Shown: in pieces, positions 30,957 through 32,000 of the stretch
Layout: each line of letters starts with the position of its first letter
How positions within the stretch are numbered: position 1 is the first letter of the stretch
Source of the DNA: Candidatus Methylomirabilis limnetica
Lineage (GTDB): Bacteria > Methylomirabilota > Methylomirabilia > Methylomirabilales > Methylomirabilaceae
Reading direction: 5' to 3'
DNA: 32,000 nt
Assembly: GCF_003044035.1 (NCBI RefSeq)
Contig: NZ_NVQC01000016.1
Span: 128,133 to 160,132, forward strand
Notes under the pieces: generated by a model
Database searches by the model: none
What the model was told of the DNA's origin: nothing
Seen by the model: the letters and a program-made list of their open reading frames with translations, nothing else
Position numbers and translations under genes: made by a program

Positions 30957-31200
30957 CCACTTCGACGGCTCCCCTCCGCCGTGAAGTGAAAAATAGGAGA
31001 AAATAGGAAAATAAAAAGGAAAATAGGGACAGACACAATACCGTCCGGCACATAATTTGCCCGGTTTGATTAAGGATCATATCTGAAGGTGGGGAAAAAG
31101 CAACAGCAACAGGATTTACCGGTTACGAAGGATTGCGGAGGGGTTTCGTCAGGAGTATAGATGGCGAAAGGGATGATGGGCGCAGGAATCCCTTTCGGAT
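30957..31200 (+). ncRNA. Speculative GGA-motif-rich non-coding transcript (or IS-adjacent non-coding DNA)
   Basis: No ORF of 60 aa or more on either strand. Hairpin 30957-30988, four GAAAATAGG-like direct repeats (30990-31029), and 13 GGA motifs between 30996 and 31199. Confidence 0.2.
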
Positions 31201-31219
31201 CACAAGAGTAAGAAACGCC

Positions 31220-32000
31220 TTATGATCTTTCTTCGTTTGATTTGAGTTGTTCGATATGTCGCTCTAATTCCTCATCACTGGCCCAGCCCATGAAGTGCAG
31301 CGTAATCATTTCAAAGGTTCTTCTGGTGGGTTTTCGTCCTGTCCAAAGGGTGATGAGCATGCCGGCGATCAGTGCACAGTAGATTTGGATGGTTAACCCG
31401 TTTTCGGATAGGGCGACAAGGTGATTACAGCCCAAGACACATTTGAACCACCGGAAGAAGAGCTCGACCTGCCATCTGCGCCTGAAGAGCAGCGCGATGG
31501 TTTCTGCGGGCACGTCCAGGAGGTTCGTTGCCAGCAGGAAGGTATAATCGACATCCCTGGTGCGGCAGGTTTTTTTGCTGGAGACCCGTGAGGGACGGCG
31601 AACGTTCTCATCCCCTTCATGGAACACCTGGATGATCCTGAGGGGATGCGGGCAGTCATCTTTTTTGCTGTCACAGCCTAAGGTAACGAGGAGGTCTTTT
31701 TGGACCCCCGCTAATCTGTCATTTTCCGTGAGGGGTTTTTCTTCGAGGATAGAGTAGGCGGCATTATCTCGTAAACGAATGACGAAGGCGCTTCGGGCAT
31801 TGATGATGTCATCTAGGAGTTTGTATTCCGCGTAGCCACAATCGAGCAGATAGACCGTATCGGGAGCGAGGAACGTTTTAAGGACCTTCTTTTCATTGCC
31901 GTTGCCGTGGGTGATGGCGGCCCTTGTCGGGACCTGTTTGCGGATGTCCAACTCCAGGTGGAGTTTGGCTGCCCGGTGTTCTTCATCTTGCCACAGGTTG
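31220..32000 (-). mobile_element. IS4-family DDE transposase gene, N-terminus beyond the window edge
   Basis: The frame stays open to nt 32000. Contains LLDCGY and the [Y/F]-x2-R-x3-E-x6-K signature LFRRRWQVELFFRWFK. TAA stop at 31220-31222. Confidence 0.8.

Overview
About 60% GC bacterial chromosome segment. No taxon can be assigned from the sequence alone. Nt 1-23100 is a co-directional (+ strand) housekeeping block: a deoxynucleoside-kinase 3' fragment, panB, panC, then a complete division/cell-wall (dcw) cluster, mraZ-rsmH-ftsL-ftsI-murE-[alpha/beta hydrolase]-murF-ddl-mraY-murD-ftsW-murG-murC-murB-ftsQ-ftsA-ftsZ. A small zinc-ribbon ORF and yggS follow. Many junctions are translationally coupled through ATGA/GTGA/TGATG overlaps. 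MurE carries the DNPR motif, which indicates meso-DAP peptidoglycan. Nt 23200-32000 looks more accessory. It holds an aryl/acyl-CoA ligase, a PD-(D/E)XK-like gene plus a vapBC toxin-antitoxin pair, and an FNT (formate/nitrite) channel. These are followed by three tandem short peptidase-U32 (UbiU/UbiV-like) genes, a convergent TusA-like gene, GC-rich palindromic repeats, a GGA-rich non-coding stretch and a truncated IS4-family transposase at the window edge. The most unusual signal is a set of tandem heptanucleotide repeat arrays, often as inverted pairs that form long hairpins. They sit exactly on cistron boundaries of the pan/dcw genes. They supply stop codons, a start codon and spurious or real terminal extensions. 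The units are GGGTNNA, GTTTCGA/CGAAACY and CTGAAGG. Other points worth follow-up are a MurF whose N-terminal domain is replaced by a polytopic membrane region, a hydrolase inserted in the cluster, a textbook MraZ operator, and the U32 U-V-U triplet. No rRNA, tRNA or CRISPR array was seen.
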